Origin: Leptonemataceae bacterium
GTDB lineage: Bacteria; Spirochaetota; Leptospiria; Leptospirales; Leptonemataceae
DNA: 64,000 nt
Reading direction: 5' to 3'
NCBI GenBank assembly: GCA_965227295.1
Contig: OZ245742.1
Coordinates: 3,456,001 to 3,520,000 of the forward strand
Position 1 is the first letter of the stretch. Each line of letters starts with the position of its first letter. Below the pieces are notes generated by a model. That model was not told the DNA's origin. It saw only the letters and a list, made by a program, of their open reading frames with translations, and made no database searches. Shown here one piece after another: positions 63,697 to 64,000 of this stretch. A program made the translations under genes and the position numbers.

Positions 63697-64000
63697 TTCG
63701 TCCCCGCCGCAACCGGCGAAGCGCGGCCCTTCGCGATCTCGTCCGCGAACATCGACTCCAGGTCAGCGACCTCATTCAGCCGCTCTTCGTCATTGAGGGC
63801 GAAGGCCGGTCTGAAGAAATCACGTCCATGCCCGGCATCTATCGCTACAGTCGGGATCGCATCGTAAGTGAATGTGAGGAGCTGTTTGCGTTGGGTGTGC
63901 GCGCGGTGGCCCCGTTCCCCGCGCTGGACGATTCGAAAAAAGATAAAACGGCCACCGAGTCCGCGAACGAGAACGGACTATACCAGCAAACCATTCGATC
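63693..64000 (+). CDS. hemB: Porphobilinogen synthase, N-terminal part (runs off window)
   Basis: Manual translation from TTG 63693: MIRPRRNRRSAALRDLVREHRLQVSDLIQPLFVIEG...SMPGIYRYS; not in the ORF track. Confidence 0.9.
   Translation, partial: MIRPRRNRRSAALRDLVREHRLQVSDLIQPLFVIEGEGRSEEITSMPGIYRYSRDRIVSECEELFALGVRAVAPFPALDDSKKDKTATESANENGLYQQTIR

Overview
High-GC bacterial chromosomal segment, most likely a Leptospiraceae-type spirochete. This is inferred from the SpoIIE phosphatase signature DAMGKSMQGA fused to a 7TM-DISM sensor, FG-GAP and DUF1566 lipoproteins, several class III cyclases, and tRNA-Ile/Ala genes with no rRNA genes beside them. Housekeeping genes include lpxA, hisB-hisH-hisA, gor, an RNase Z-like gene, an M16 peptidase pair, prlC, tldD/pmbA, acetoacetyl-CoA synthetase, htpX, can, partial hemB and three tRNAs. 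The most striking feature is non-coding: a ~326-331 bp unit occurring about 11 times in four tandem arrays on both strands (~3.5 kb in total). Array ends fall at different phases of the unit, the unit has long internal complementarity, variable segments are shuffled between arrays, and two small hairpin elements are nested inside it, one with fully compensatory base changes. Two further families of short structured repeats are present. Other points of interest: a mosaic ankyrin/DUF4375-like tandem array, a TetR-controlled lower-GC island encoding an unexplained carboxylate pathway next to tRNA-Leu, a possibly split class III cyclase pair, a giant coiled-coil histidine kinase, and a tRNA-Ile whose flanks extend the acceptor stem by 17 bp. 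All calls are by eye from sequence and motifs; no searches were run.
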